NCBI GenBank assembly: GCA_001949185.1
Contig: BDGG01000004.1
Span: forward strand, 3,753,777 to 3,817,776
Source: Ramazzottius varieornatus
Taxonomy: Eukaryota > Animalia > Tardigrada
DNA length: 64,000 nt
Direction: 5' to 3'
The translations under genes were made by a program, and so were the position numbers. This document shows positions 1-12,867 of the stretch, piece after piece (position 1 is the stretch's first letter; each line of letters opens with the position of its first letter). The notes beneath the pieces are model-generated. The model saw only the letters and a list, made by a program, of their open reading frames with translations. It ran no database searches and was not told the DNA's origin.

Positions 1-2461
1 AGAGCTCGTCAATCGCGTTCGGCAGTCCAATCTGATTCCAGGCGATAAGATTCTGGTTAGTGACATCACATCCGGCCTGTATTCATAGCCAGAAGCCTTT
101 TCCCTTTCTGTGCAGGATGTACTGGCAAGCAAGATGCGTGCTGGAAGCGCACTGCAGTCGAAACTTCGCGGATTTTGCGGTACGAGTGACGCTTTTAGCG
201 TCTTCGTTTCACTGCCATCGCAAACCGAAAGTGAATTATACTGCAAGTCTACTGAATATGTTGTAGATCCAAGCGTCAACGTGGCCACTTCCGAACTGAA
301 AGCCACGGTGATCCGTGGTGAAATGAGCGGATCTCTCCTAGACGGAGATGTGACGGTAATTCATCATTGCCAGTTTGCCATTGTGTGGTTTTAGTAGTCT
401 GCCCCAATAGTTGACTTTGTGTGACCACAACCGATATCAGGCTTCTTATGTACTCATTCGACTTCCTTTCGCACAGAACTTCGGGATGGACCACGGTTAC
501 ACCCGACATGTGATACCGGACAAACAAGATGCGGATAAGTCGCCTTGCATCCATGTGAAATTGGGAATGCCGGTTTGTCATACTGCCTTACGCTAAAAAC
601 ATCTAAAGGTTTCGGTGATCCAGTTACGTCTTGGTCTCATTTGCCCATGATCCTGTAGTGCATAATTAACCACCTCCGCTTGCTGCTGTGGGATAAGGTA
701 AGGCATCGTTTAAAACCTGTGCACGGTATATGCACCAACTGCTACTCTATCGAAATACTTGATCGAGGTCTTGTTCCAGGATCAGCGCTTCTACTCTTTT
801 TACGTGGAGGTTTCGAACGACGGTACCAGCTGGAACCGCGTCATCGATTATCGCGACTACTTTTGCCGCTCGTGGCAAGAACTCTACTTCGCGACATGCA
901 CGGTGCAGCACATAAAGGTACGGGTAGCCTACTTGAAGGTTTGCTATATTTGTCATACTGTGTACAGTAAGATTTGCAGCATATCTCATGTAAAGTTTTA
1001 ATGACAAGAGGAATAACCGACTCTTCGTGTTCAACCAACTATATGCAATGTTTCAGGTAACGGGAACAAGGAACACCACGGTACGTATTTTTGGTCTACT
1101 TTTGAATCATGGATCAAGTCCGATGCATGTGCTTTGAGATTGCACTTCGCAGAACCGTTCTTTTCACCTGGTGAAACTAGAAGCATTCTACTTGGAGACG
1201 GTGCCTGAGATACGTAGCTTTGGTGATGGATCTGGGTTTATCGGTGAGCACTTCCCTGAAGCACTGTACGGCAATAACGCTGCGCGAAGTCAGTGACAGA
1301 ACGACTGAGCTGACCGGTGTGACTTTTAGTACCTGTCGAAAATGTCATGACGCTTTCTACGGCGATCGTGACAGAAGGTGTTAGTCGAACGCGGAATGCG
1401 CTGATCAACGGGTCGCTTGAGTATGACTGGGACAATGGATATTGCTGTCACCAGGTAAAGTCCCTAAAGATTAGAGCGGGGTTTCCAGTCTATGGAAGCT
1501 TTCTTGGAATACCATCAACACAGACTATGTTTTCAGATTGGTAGTGGGGCAATCATGGTTGCTCTTAATCAGCCGTACATACTATCCAGCTTAAGGCTTC
1601 TTTTGTGGGATGTGGACCATCGCTTCTACACGTGAGTCCTCATCATCATCATATCAGGCCCTGCAAGCATGTCGGTCAATTTCGTCGCTATAAGAATTTG
1701 CGAGGATTCTGCTGTGTAACTCTCATGGAAAGTTTTCGGTTTGCAGGTACACCATACATAGTTCTGCCACTCAGAAAGACTGGCAACTCTTGGTTGATAC
1801 CCGGGATTCTCCTCGTCAGTCTTGGCAGTCACACAAGTTTCCGCCCAGACCCATTTCGTTCCTCAAGCTCACGGGCATCAGCAACACTGCCAATGAAGGT
1901 AACATAATGAAGTTCAAGCTAACACATGAAAAGATGAAAACGTGGTTCTAAGTTGAAACGCGATGCAACTTTTTATCTAGTGTTGAAGTTTGTGTGTCGA
2001 TTTTCTCTAGTTTCGATGTGTACTGCTATGCTTCATGAGCTTGGCGAATGAGTACTAACACGCAGGAAGTTGAACCCCGGTCCGAAAACAATGCCCTCGC
2101 GACCTCCTCGGGGATGTTTCACGCGTACAACGACGTGATTAACACAACTTCGTGAAGCATTAAAGTACTGTATTTCTTCTCGACAGTTTTCCACGTTGTA
2201 CATCTTGAAGCTCCAAGTCAGGCTGATCCAGCCGAGGTCGTTCCCGAAGCGATTAATCCGGCTGCTGCTCCGGATGTTCTGGTCGACGTGGACTTTCACG
2301 GATATGATGTCCCTCTCGATATTCAAGTCCTTCATCCGGCAGCCGTCGTCGTTGCGGGTCCCAGTAACCGGGTGGTGAATATTCCTCATCCCGCTGATGT
2401 CGACGAAGAGCAAGAGCGAGGGCGCCACCGACGTGTACGTCCAAGAAACAACCCGCGTTGA
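1..2461 (+). CDS. BTBD9: BTB/POZ domain-containing protein 9-like, 3' part (multi-exon; starts before the window)
   Basis: GT-AG joined exons give two tandem discoidin-like modules: NVATSELKATVIRGE...GYTRHVI...INHLRLLLWDK|DQRFYSFYVEVSNDG...CRSWQELYF and VTEGVSRTRNALING...YDWDNGYCCHQ|IGSGAIMVALNQPY...LRLLLWD...SWQ...NTANE|VFHVVHLEAP. The last exon is 2187-2461 and ends in TGA. Confidence 0.9.
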
Positions 2462-3677
2462 CGCAGCATATCGGTGTACAAATTTCTTCCTGGCAGCTAA
2501 GTTCTCTTTTACCTCTTACTCAAAACCTACATTCAAACATTGAACGTTTTTTAAATTTTTATGTCACGTTTTAACCTAGTTATCAGGCGAGACTGATGTC
2601 TCTCCCGTAAATATATGAAAAAAGTAATAAGTTTAGTTTTGCAAAATGGGCGTGGCAACAAAAATGAGGTCTCGGGCGTTGACCACATCCGTGTGAATTC
2701 TTTCTCAATTTTCCTGCGATTACGTTTTCCACTTTGAATGGGCTGAGCTTTACAGAGGGCTTCTTGAGCAGCGTTGTACATGCAAAGGAAGGCTGACTTT
2801 AGGAACGATTCTAAAATGATAGGAGTGTATGTGGCGGTAGCCGCAGTGGGCCAGCAGATCGACTTGGAAGTCGAGCAGTAGGCTATAAATGCTTTCAACA
2901 AGAGCAGGCAGCCAGCTGACCGAGCAATCCGCCTGGGAGAAAGAAGGCTTGCGGCTGCGCAATCATCAGCTGACGAGGACAAATTACAGAGATGCGAGTC
3001 GGATCTCAAAGCTATGTCAGTTGGGATCCCTCCTCATTGAGCCCAGAGTAGCACCCCATACACTCACTAGCGTACACTGTACAGTCGGACATTGCCGCGC
3101 CTCCTCAAGGCCTTTTGTTGGCTGCCATATTTACAGTGACCGAAGGATGCATGTCAGACAGATGCAAGGCTGCAATCTCTGCCACTGTTTCGCAGTATTT
3201 ATGTGTTTACCAGTAGCTCGTTTGTAGACTGAGAGCAATGCAAAAGTTGTGCATTCATGGATAACGAGCAAAGGAGTGCATGAATCCTTTTCCTGCTGCT
3301 CTTGGTTCGGCTTCCCTCATCTTGCTCTTCCCACTCCACTCTGTCATTTCATTACCCGCGGTTAGTTGTGCTGATCATCATCGTCTCTTGTTTCAGCTCA
3401 AGTGTCCTTCAAGAAAATTGAATCTTGACTAGATTACCACACTGCATCTACCGGATACACCACACTCTTCCCACGCCAAATTTCTGGGAAGAAGGCCCTG
3501 CAGATGATGGGGACTCTCGACTCTAAACTACCAGATGAACATCCTACCTGAAATTATTCTGGTGAGCCTTTTCAGTCTGATATCTTTATCAGTGTTCCTC
3601 ATCACTAAAATGTTGGATTTGTTTTATTAGATTTTTGTGTGGATGACTGAACATCGGCGAACCCTGATCGTATCAAC

Positions 3678-6600
3678 ATGAACCGGTGGGCTACTTGCCT
3701 GAAATGGCTGGTCTTCTCTTTCAATCTCCTATTTTGGGTGAGTGCATTATAATGATAGCTGACAAATTGCGGCAATTGTCGCTTCGGGAGTCGGAGAACC
3801 ATTATGAGTTCTTCGCCACAGCGGTTGGGATCGTTTTGGGTTTGATCGAGGTACTCATCGAGCGGTTCTTTCGGGTGTGACGACATGTGTGTTTGCCATG
3901 AAAATGTGTTAACGAGTGTCGGAAAAGGGAAATAGTGCTTCGTTGCATGAATGGAAGGACTCATCTTGCTGAAAGAGTGATAGTTATCCAAGACTGGTAA
4001 TTGAATATTTTTCAATAGTAGTGTGCCTGCTACTGTCCCATATATTCTTGACCGAACACAAGAGCCATCACTCAAACAATCCCCAGCCTTGTTTACTCGC
4101 TCTTGCACAGCGCTTTTGAACTTTCTCACTGTGACCGCCATTGACAAACGCTCGGGATGTGCTCTGCACTTTTACTGCCCCGGCACTCTTTATTGACTTT
4201 GATGAAGTCGAGAGTGCCGTTTCGACCATCTGAACGGGAAATAGATATCTAATGCTTTCCGGTCCACTTTCTTCGCTTTGTGAAATTTCCTATTGAAAAT
4301 CAGCATGCTTGACTTACTGGAAACGATCCTGAATTTTTTCAAAATACTCTAACGTTGTGTGCATCGAAACTCCGTATATTTTATTCAGGCTTTAGTCCTA
4401 GTTTCCAAATATTTTCCAAGGGGTTTTATCAGATCATTTTGATATCCTAGTTTTCAAATATGTTTTGAAGAGGTTTTACCTCTTGCTTGACTGGTAGATG
4501 CGATTCCGAAATTAGTCATTGAGTCAACTCGCGCCGGCCATTGTGACAAAGAAGGATGTTGTTCTGACTTATTCGTCTAAAATGAAAAGTTAATGGGAAG
4601 AGTCGCATGCAGACTCACAGAAGCGTGGCTAGACGACCGTGACTTTTGAGAAGTCGCCCAGTGGCGCGATCGGTTTATCATTAACATTTTAAATGATTGT
4701 TTTTGGCAGTGGGTCTTTCATGCTAGCAATAGTGCAATGACGCGGAACGATGCGGTCACTGCCGCTGGTCAAATTCCACTGTTGAATGCTTCGTCCTGAA
4801 GACTGCTGGGACTAAACGCCGTTCGAAAATGCAACCCCAAAATATCCGTCATCGTTTTGTTAGTAACGCGACGAATTAGATGCGGGATAATTGGGTGGCA
4901 GATTTCATCTGAAAAGTAAGCTTTCTAAATTCGGAAAACTTCGTGGGTGGCAGCTGGCAAGTCTCGTAGGACTGATATGATTTAGGTGGACACCTCTTAG
5001 GTAGACTTATTTTATAATCCTCTTCATTGGATCGTGATTCGGGTGAACCGGTTATGTCCTACCGATATACTACCTATTAGAATTAATGATACCTTGTTTA
5101 GAACATGACCGTTTTTGTTATGAATCAGTCTCCGCTAAGTGACCGTTGGTAGTGCCGGTGAACGTACCGTCATTACACATAGGACGTCATGAACATATTA
5201 CCTCTTTGTAGGGTTCTTGGGGTATTCCGAAGACATCTCTTCAAATGAGCCTCTATCAAAGAGTGTCGAAAGCGCATGGTGGTATGGCACGTTTTTTGGT
5301 GTACTCGGAAGAAAACATTCACACTGGTTCGTTTACATCTGTTGCGCTGAAGACCCATCTGTTAATCTGTAAACCTCTGAAGATCCGCGCACCATTTTCG
5401 CACTTACATACCGCAGTGGCACTCTTGAACGACCTCATCAACAGGCAAAGCTAATCCGAGTTAGAAGGCCTGAATGGCTTGACAAGGTCTTTAGTACAAA
5501 TTTGTTTTGAGCAAGGGCCGATTTTATTATCTGATGGTCTTCAAGTGCCGCACCGATGTGTCTGGGTTTTCCTTGAGGAGCGACCGTAGTAGTCTGTAAC
5601 TGATATGTCGGCAGCTCTTCAAGTATGATTATATAGTCTGGGATGTGTGCAACACGAGAGACTTCAAGGTCGCTGTGGCAGGGATTTACAGCTAACGACT
5701 GGTTGGAGATACCTAGCACTGGTTGCATTTTGTTATATGACGGTGCGGCATGAACCTCCGTGTTTGTCAGTCGGTTCGTCGATCGAGATTTGAAAATATC
5801 AGGGCCATTATGATTCGTGTCGTCTGGCGAACTCACGCAACGGCGAACACTAATCATATGAGATTAGTCGGCTTGAAGATGCTCATCTGGGCGAAAGTTT
5901 GATTGTGGCACACATTTTGGCTGTCCCATCCCATTTTCGTTGGAGCCAAGCCCACAGGAAGTCACTGGCTCTTACACAGATGGCGTCCCGGTGGTAAACA
6001 GTAGTAGCGCTGAATCTTACATAACAAAATAAGGACATGACGTACCGATGCTGGTTTGTGGGACCACTTCTGCGCCCTGACGGCTGACATGGATAATGAA
6101 TGGCCTAGCGAAGCGCCAATGGCTAAAAGTGTTCAGGTTCATAAGATTGTGGTCAGAATATTGTGGCCAAAATATTTTTGTTGTTGTTGCAGTTATGTGG
6201 ACTGGGCGTCCTGGGAGGAGCCATATTCCTCAGAGTGAATCCGAACACACATCCCTTCTTCACCGAACAAGAAAATGCTCAACGGTATTACATTGCCATG
6301 TATGCCTTGATGTCCATCGGTATCTTTATGGCTATCCTCGGCTTCTTGGGAAGTTGTGGAGCGCTGAAAGAGAGTCGCGGTATGCTGGGGACATACTTCG
6401 GCCTGCTATGCGTTGTTGTAATTGCGGAAGTGGCTGGAGGAGTGATGGTCTACATGTACCGAAATAACTTCACAAGGACCTTCGTCGAAAATGGCTTCGC
6501 GGAGATCGTCCGAAACGAATATGGAAAACCTGGCTTTGAAGCCCGATCTCAGTATTTCGACATAGTGCAGACAGAGGTAAAGCTGAGAAATTCCTAGATA

Positions 6601-7326
6601 ATTTCCAAACCAATATTCAGTAATATGATACGAAAGACTGGAGTAAGAATAGATAAAGTAGAATACAATGTACTCTTCCTAAAATTTTCCTAAAGAAATC
6701 TGGGTCTCCAACAGATGGCGCCACAGCACGAACAACCTACTAACAGGTCTCTTCTTTGCAGTTCGACTGTTGTGGCGCGAAGAGTTCCTGGGACTGGTTT
6801 CAGTCGGAATGGCATGGTGGAAACGGGGACATTGGCTCGAATGGAACTCAAGAATACCTAGTGCCCTTATCCTGCTGTAAAAGACAGTTCCGCACTTCAG
6901 ATCCCAGATGCATACCTACAGATAGCACAGTTGGTGTGACACAGTCTCTACTGGGGACCAATACCGACATTATCAACGAGCGGGTGCGTCCGTTGCTGCA
7001 TCCTCAATTAAGCCAGGTGCCTGGTAATGCAAGAAGCTAATCCAGGTCATATTTCTCGCATGTCTAGGGTTGCGGAGCCAAGCTGATGGATGCCGTGGAT
7101 GCTAATCGAGATCTTGTTGTCGGAGTCGGAGTCGCGGTTGCAATATTCCAGGTAAATTATTTAGTCGAAAGCTTTCCGGTCCGCTAACGTATCCGCTCGA
7201 TTGGCTTGCGTATAATAGATGAGCTTATCATATTTCTGTGTCTTATAGATTTTCGGATTATTATTTTCCATCGTTCTGTGCTGCACGATCAAGCCTGACA
7301 GCACCTACGAGTACAAGTCACGTTGA
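3678..7326 (+). CDS. Tetraspanin (copy 1), 5 coding exons
   Basis: Exon 3678-3737 (MNRWATCLKWLVFSFNLLFW|gtgagt) joins 6193-6576 (LCGLGVLGG...GFLGSCGALKES...), then FDCCG...VPLSCC (6761-~6982), GC...AIFQ and IFGLLFSIVLCC...YEYKSR*. Four TM helices plus the CCG and PxSCC signatures. Confidence 0.92.
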
Positions 7327-10300
7327 AACGAGCAAAAGGTTGACGTGATCTTGCCAAGGTTTTCGCTTGCAATTCCGATTTCTCATCCACACTCCCGAAC
7401 TCTTTTGACTTTTTTGTTTTCAATAATTATTTTTGGCCGTCGTGAAAAATGCAAACAAAATACACAAACAGTAATGCGAATGGACATCTCGGTTCATGGA
7501 GAATCTGAGTGGGAACTCGTAAAACTAGTCATTGATGAATGGCGCGATGATGGAAACTTATTTGAAACCCCTTTTAATTTGCACTCTTTCATGGAATAAT
7601 GCGAGCAGGGTAATGGAATTAACTTGGCGGGAGACAGTGTCATCCTGTGCGTGATCGAGGTCCTAACAAGATCGGCCTGGCTAACAGTAGGAAGTGTAGG
7701 AAATGGAACGGAAGGGATGCACTGTGCATGGGACTATGCTTCCCGTTCCCTCAGGACGAGGCTCAACCTGGAACACCAGCTTTCCGGTTCTCTGTCAGCA
7801 AGCCTCTTACAGGACTGTGATCCATCTGCAGATAGGGAGGCAAACGAGTCTGAAATCCTTTATAAGCATTCTCAAATCTTTCCAGCTGGAGATGGCTTCC
7901 CTGTTTGAGCCTTACTACCGATCTCGAAGAAAGGCATCGCATGCGATCGATCTCGTAATACTGCATAGTAAAGTCCTCCTCAGGCCTCCTCAATCTCGGT
8001 GGGCCAAATACAGCATGTGCTTACACAGCTGTGCGATGATATGTCTGGTGAACATCAGGTTAGATTTCAGTCATCGCTCTATGACATCGGAGATAAATTC
8101 GGGAATTACCGTTGTGAGTTCTTCCTGTCTTGTTGGAAAACCCGAAAGCCAAAGTACGCTGTTTCTCCACACTGGGTTTGTTCACGTTGATGGTGGAAGA
8201 AGAAAGCCTGGTGTTGAGCTGAAATTTGGCTGGGGCAAGCCATCGTTAAGACATCCAAAGTACCTCTCCAGGGAATTTTTCCAGGCCATTTTATTGTATT
8301 GGAGCACTAATGTGCGAGCATGCAGTCTGACGCCATGCTTGAGGGAAGCCAGCTGACTTGAGAACACCATTATCGCAAATGCGGACGATGTGCGCTGGCA
8401 TCACTGCTGGTTGACGTTAACTGTTGGCGACGCCCTAAACGATGCATGAAAACTATGGTGTTGGTCCTCAGTCCTCCGTACATTCCTTAGCATTCGTCGC
8501 TCTCACTCTTGCACATTCTCATCATCTCGTAATGACAAATTCTACGGTAAAAAGTCTGAAAGAAATTTTTCGATTTAGGGAAGGTCCGACATGAAAGTTG
8601 AACTACCTTGTTGGAGAAAGTTTTGTATGCAGAGCACGCTGACAGGAAAAGGTCACAGTCCTTTAACGATACCGCAGAGTAAATGCGCTAAATATACTCA
8701 AGCGGGTTGCGGAGAATCGTACACTCGATGGAGACTGAAGACTGAAGACTGAAGAATGAATGTTGAATGCATACGTCAGGACGTTTGACTGCCACTCTCC
8801 GTCATCCTCGCTCAAGATCAAGCGTACGTATGCATAGGCAAACCTTCGGCTTGCTCCACAATTTCTTTCCAGCACATCCGACTGATGAGGGACCGTACGA
8901 GAAGACAAGTCAAGCTGTCAGAATTGCTATTACAACTTGGGGAAAATATCCGACGATGTGAAGACATCGCTTATGTCCCAGTCAGCCAGGGAGGAGCTCG
9001 TACGGTGCCTAGTTCTCTATACAAGCTGTCTGCAGCACTACAAATTTGAAACTCATTATTATCAAAGAATTTTAAGTGTGGGAGGGACTGTTTATTGTAT
9101 TGACGAAGAACATCAAGCCATACATTTATTATTGGGGTCTTCCTTCGCTCTTCTTTCCCGTGTTTCATCTTCAAGTTTACGCGTGCCGGCGCCGGTGCAA
9201 AATATCGTCGCACTCACGTGATTCATCAGACCGTATGCAAAAGGACTACTTGGGTAGCATATTTATTCGATATCTGACATCGTTTTCTGAATGATCCATT
9301 TGTACAATTTCCTTTCTTTGTATAATTTTATTTTATCGTGGACCGGACTATACTCGGCGAGGCAACTTCCGGCACGAGATACTGATCGAGCTCGATACAG
9401 GTGGGGTGTACTATTATTAAGGAATAAATTTATAATTCTTCGTTATTTCAGCGTCCCAAATTGTATAGGGATTTCGAGGCGTCAGTTGAAGTTGTTATTT
9501 TTGCGTTTCCATATCGATATTTGAGGCAGAGCATGGAGTTCGGGGAAGTATTTTTATTGCGTGCCTGCGTGTATGCCGTAATGTGATGCAAGCAGTTCAT
9601 CAACGTCAGTCGGCATGGTTGACGTATCCTTTGGTTTAACGGGTTCGCTAATGAACACAGCGGCATATATTACTGGTCGACAAGTTGGAGAATTAGTTGG
9701 AAAAATAATTTGCGCCACCAGTTTGTAGAGGGTATTATGGCAATATGGAAGAAGTATGGCTTTGTTGACACGTTAGACATCCTTTATGCTAAACATTCCA
9801 AATGTTAGGGACCTACAGTCCTCTAAACTTGATGGATGCACAGATGTGCCGTGTACATAGCCACTGTGATTGCCACAGATCAATAGTGCATGGCTCCAGA
9901 CAGAACGAGAGGCGGAAATGGACATTTTCGATTACAGCTCGGCATTATGAACCTCCTTTTTCCATCAGGAAACCTTGCCTCCTGGCACATTCATAACGCT
10001 TCCCTGTAGGGAATAGACAACCGCCAATTTCAGCTCTACCCTACCCAAAAAAGTCAAGCAGACTAGGTCCTTATAACTTCTATCGTATTATCGCGAAGGT
10101 CGCTAACTTGACTTTCGCGTGCTAAATACCACCTCCCGTGGCTTTTCCCTTAAAACTTTATAATCATATCCTATGGTCCTGCAATATGCACTGTAAACAT
10201 TTTAATCTGTAATTAGCGTATGTCTCGGCTTGCTGTAGCGAACAACATTCTTTCGAGTGGACATGTCTTGGCACTCCGGTCACGAGTTATCAAAGACGGC

Positions 10301-10658
10301 TTAAGTAATCCAGGGGTTCGGGTTACTCGCACTTCATCCTTTATTTCACGGGGAAACTTCCGTGTAGCTCCTGCCCAGCTCGCTGGGTGGTGACGTAGTG
10401 GCAAGCTCCACCCACCGTGCATGGCCAGTCTGGCCTGTGTCCATCAAAGTGAAAAGCGCTATCACGTCCAAACTTAAAACTTTGGAGTCGGGTCCATAAC
10501 ATCGAGGCGATTCGACATCTCTCCATCAATAAGATTGCATTGTTTTGCAGGTGAGACCCGCTTCGACTTTCTGGATCCGTAAACTTTCAGGAGCAGTATT
10601 CGTATCAGCTGGCCGCTCCAGCTTGACTAGGATTCTCTCCTTCCATCTGCTCGCAGAT

Positions 10659-12262
10659 ATGGCGATTGGTATCGGTGCGAAACTCGCGCGGTTGCTCCTT
10701 CTGGCCTTCAACTCGATCTTCTGGGTACGTACTTAACCATGTAGCGGTTGGTGGTTCCTGGAAAGTCCGATGAAATGTCCAGTTCGTCGGTGTGCACCTA
10801 TCTTCTGTGGCTTCAGCTGTCGGGCATCGGGTTGATTATCGTTGGCGTCTGGCTCTTTGTCGATCAGAGCAAGGCCATGGTTTTCGCGATAGTCGAAGGC
10901 GGTGGGACGCTACCCATGATCAAGATAGGAGCGGTAAGCTGCTGTGATAACTTTAGCCTTGTTCCTTTTGACGAAAGCGTACTGGGCAAAACTGGCCCGA
11001 GTCTGATTCTGAGTGTTTCTCTGTGCTCATAGTGGGCGGTTATTGGGATAGGATGCTTCGTTGTTTTGGTCGGTTTTCTCGGTAAGCTTGACAGCTAAAA
11101 ATCAGAGACTTTCCCTGCGTAAAGCGATGTTTACGAGTTCTTCTTCTTCGTAGGTTGTTGTGGAGCGATGCAGGAGAACCGCTGCATGTTGGTTACGGTG
11201 GGTCGTCGTTGTCCGGCATACTATGGTTCGTTCCCGTCTTACTGACACTGTTTCCTTGCAGTATTTCGCTGTTATCCTGCTTATCCTTCTCGCCGAACTC
11301 GTTACGGGAATACTGGTAAGTACGTGACGGCTTCACTCCGAAGGGAACTGCGAAAAACATCGAAATTCCATGCTGAGATTGTGAGCAATAATGAACCTGC
11401 GAACCTTCGTAGATGGTTATATACAAAAATCAACTAGAACAGAGTCTCCAAGAAAACATGCAAATGAATCTCCAGACAAACTATGGTGGTGGGACTGAAG
11501 GCCAACGAGCCGTTACGAGTGAGTATTGTGGCGGTCAAATCGTGATATGAAGTCCTTAGTCGTGATTAGAAGTAGAAGTTGAGTTCTCTCCATAGATGGA
11601 TTTGACTTTGCCCAGTATACGGTAAAAGTTCCTCCACTTCTTTGCGACGCTTTCAACCTCCTTTCGGAGTAACCAATGATGTGCGTTGTTTTCAGTTTCG
11701 ATGCTGTGGTGTGAAGGGATCTGTTGATTACAACGCTAGCTCGTGGTCGGCGAACCAGCCAGCTGATGCACGACTGCAGGTGATTCTATCTGTTCGCAGA
11801 TTTCTTATTTACCATGACATCGTCAATATCTTCTACTGGGTTCTGCAGGTTCCGTTGTCTTGCTGTCGAGCAGAGCGCATATCTTTTGACAACATTCAAC
11901 CGGATAACAGAGAGAAGTGTATGTCCGGGGATGAGATGGTCTGGACGGGATTCAGGTAGGTTCTAAGTTCGCCGATGTCCCGTTTGCTAACTTATGTCGA
12001 ATAATCTCATTGTTTTCGCGCCAGATACGGAAACGGCTGTTACGACCAAGTGAAGACTTACATTGGTAGCGCCAATGGTATACTGATTGGAGTGGGTGTC
12101 GGGATAGCAGCCCTTGAAGTAAGTGGTTGGCCGTATTGTTCCGCCGAGAAAACTAAGCAAATTCTGGGTCTCTCCTGACGCTGAATTAACAGCGCCTTTT
12201 CGTAGCTACTCGGAATGATATTCGCCATCTGCCTTTGCCGCAACATTGACTATGACATCTGA
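10659..12262 (+). CDS. Tetraspanin (copy 2), about 11 coding exons
   Basis: MAIGIGAKLARLLLLAFNSIFW|LSGIGLIIVGVW...GFL|GCCGAMQENRCML...FRCCG...VPLSCC...GCYD...LLGMIFAICLCRNIDYDI*, with canonical GT-AG introns. Confidence 0.92.
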
Positions 12263-12867
12263 AGATGGTTCGAGCGGGTCGACAACGGAAGATGGCCCAT
12301 GAAACGTTACTCGGGTTCTTGAAGAGTGGTTTTCTGTATGTTACTGTAGACTTCGGCGGCAAATAAGGCTGCCGGGACGGGTTGAAAGCTAGTTGAATCT
12401 CGGTCAAATCTAATAACACTTTACGTTGGTTTTATCGTTTCCCGTTCACGAAAACCCTGAAGCCCCCACCTCGATGATCGGTTTGCGTATTTCGTTGTTC
12501 ACCTCTTTTTGTGATGTAGTTTTCTACTAATGCAAACACAGTATGTGAGCCCGTTTTCTACGCAGCGAGATGGAGTTGTGTTTTGGATGTCATTTATTGC
12601 TGTCGCAAATTTGAGTTTAAAACTCCAACAAAAGAGGCGAGTAAAGTCGTCCAGATTCTGTGAAGACACCGTCAAAAGGCAAAGAAAAATTCAGACACAC
12701 AGTCGTACAAAAGGTCTCTCGTGCAGCAGAGGAAGAAGACGCAGTAGCATGTAATGCACTCGCAGACCTCAGAAAAGTAGACACTGAACATTCAATATAC
12801 TTTGAGGGAGATGGAGGCACATCAACTCGAGGAAACTCCCATGCGAGAGGTCATTGGGGAAGAAGTG

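Noticed and set aside
2033-2444. Minus-strand 131-aa and 63-aa ORFs
   Set aside because: Antisense shadows of the last BTBD9 exon.
2551-3227. Overlapping 70-152 aa ORFs downstream of BTBD9
   Set aside because: No motifs, no consistent splice structure, and stops in the most protein-like frame.
4397-4482. Two imperfect ~35-nt direct repeats
   Set aside because: A simple local duplication in an intron with no further structure.
6163-6192. ORF-track start MAKIFLLLLQ as a tetraspanin signal peptide
   Set aside because: This is the intron 3' tract; the real first exon is 3678-3737.
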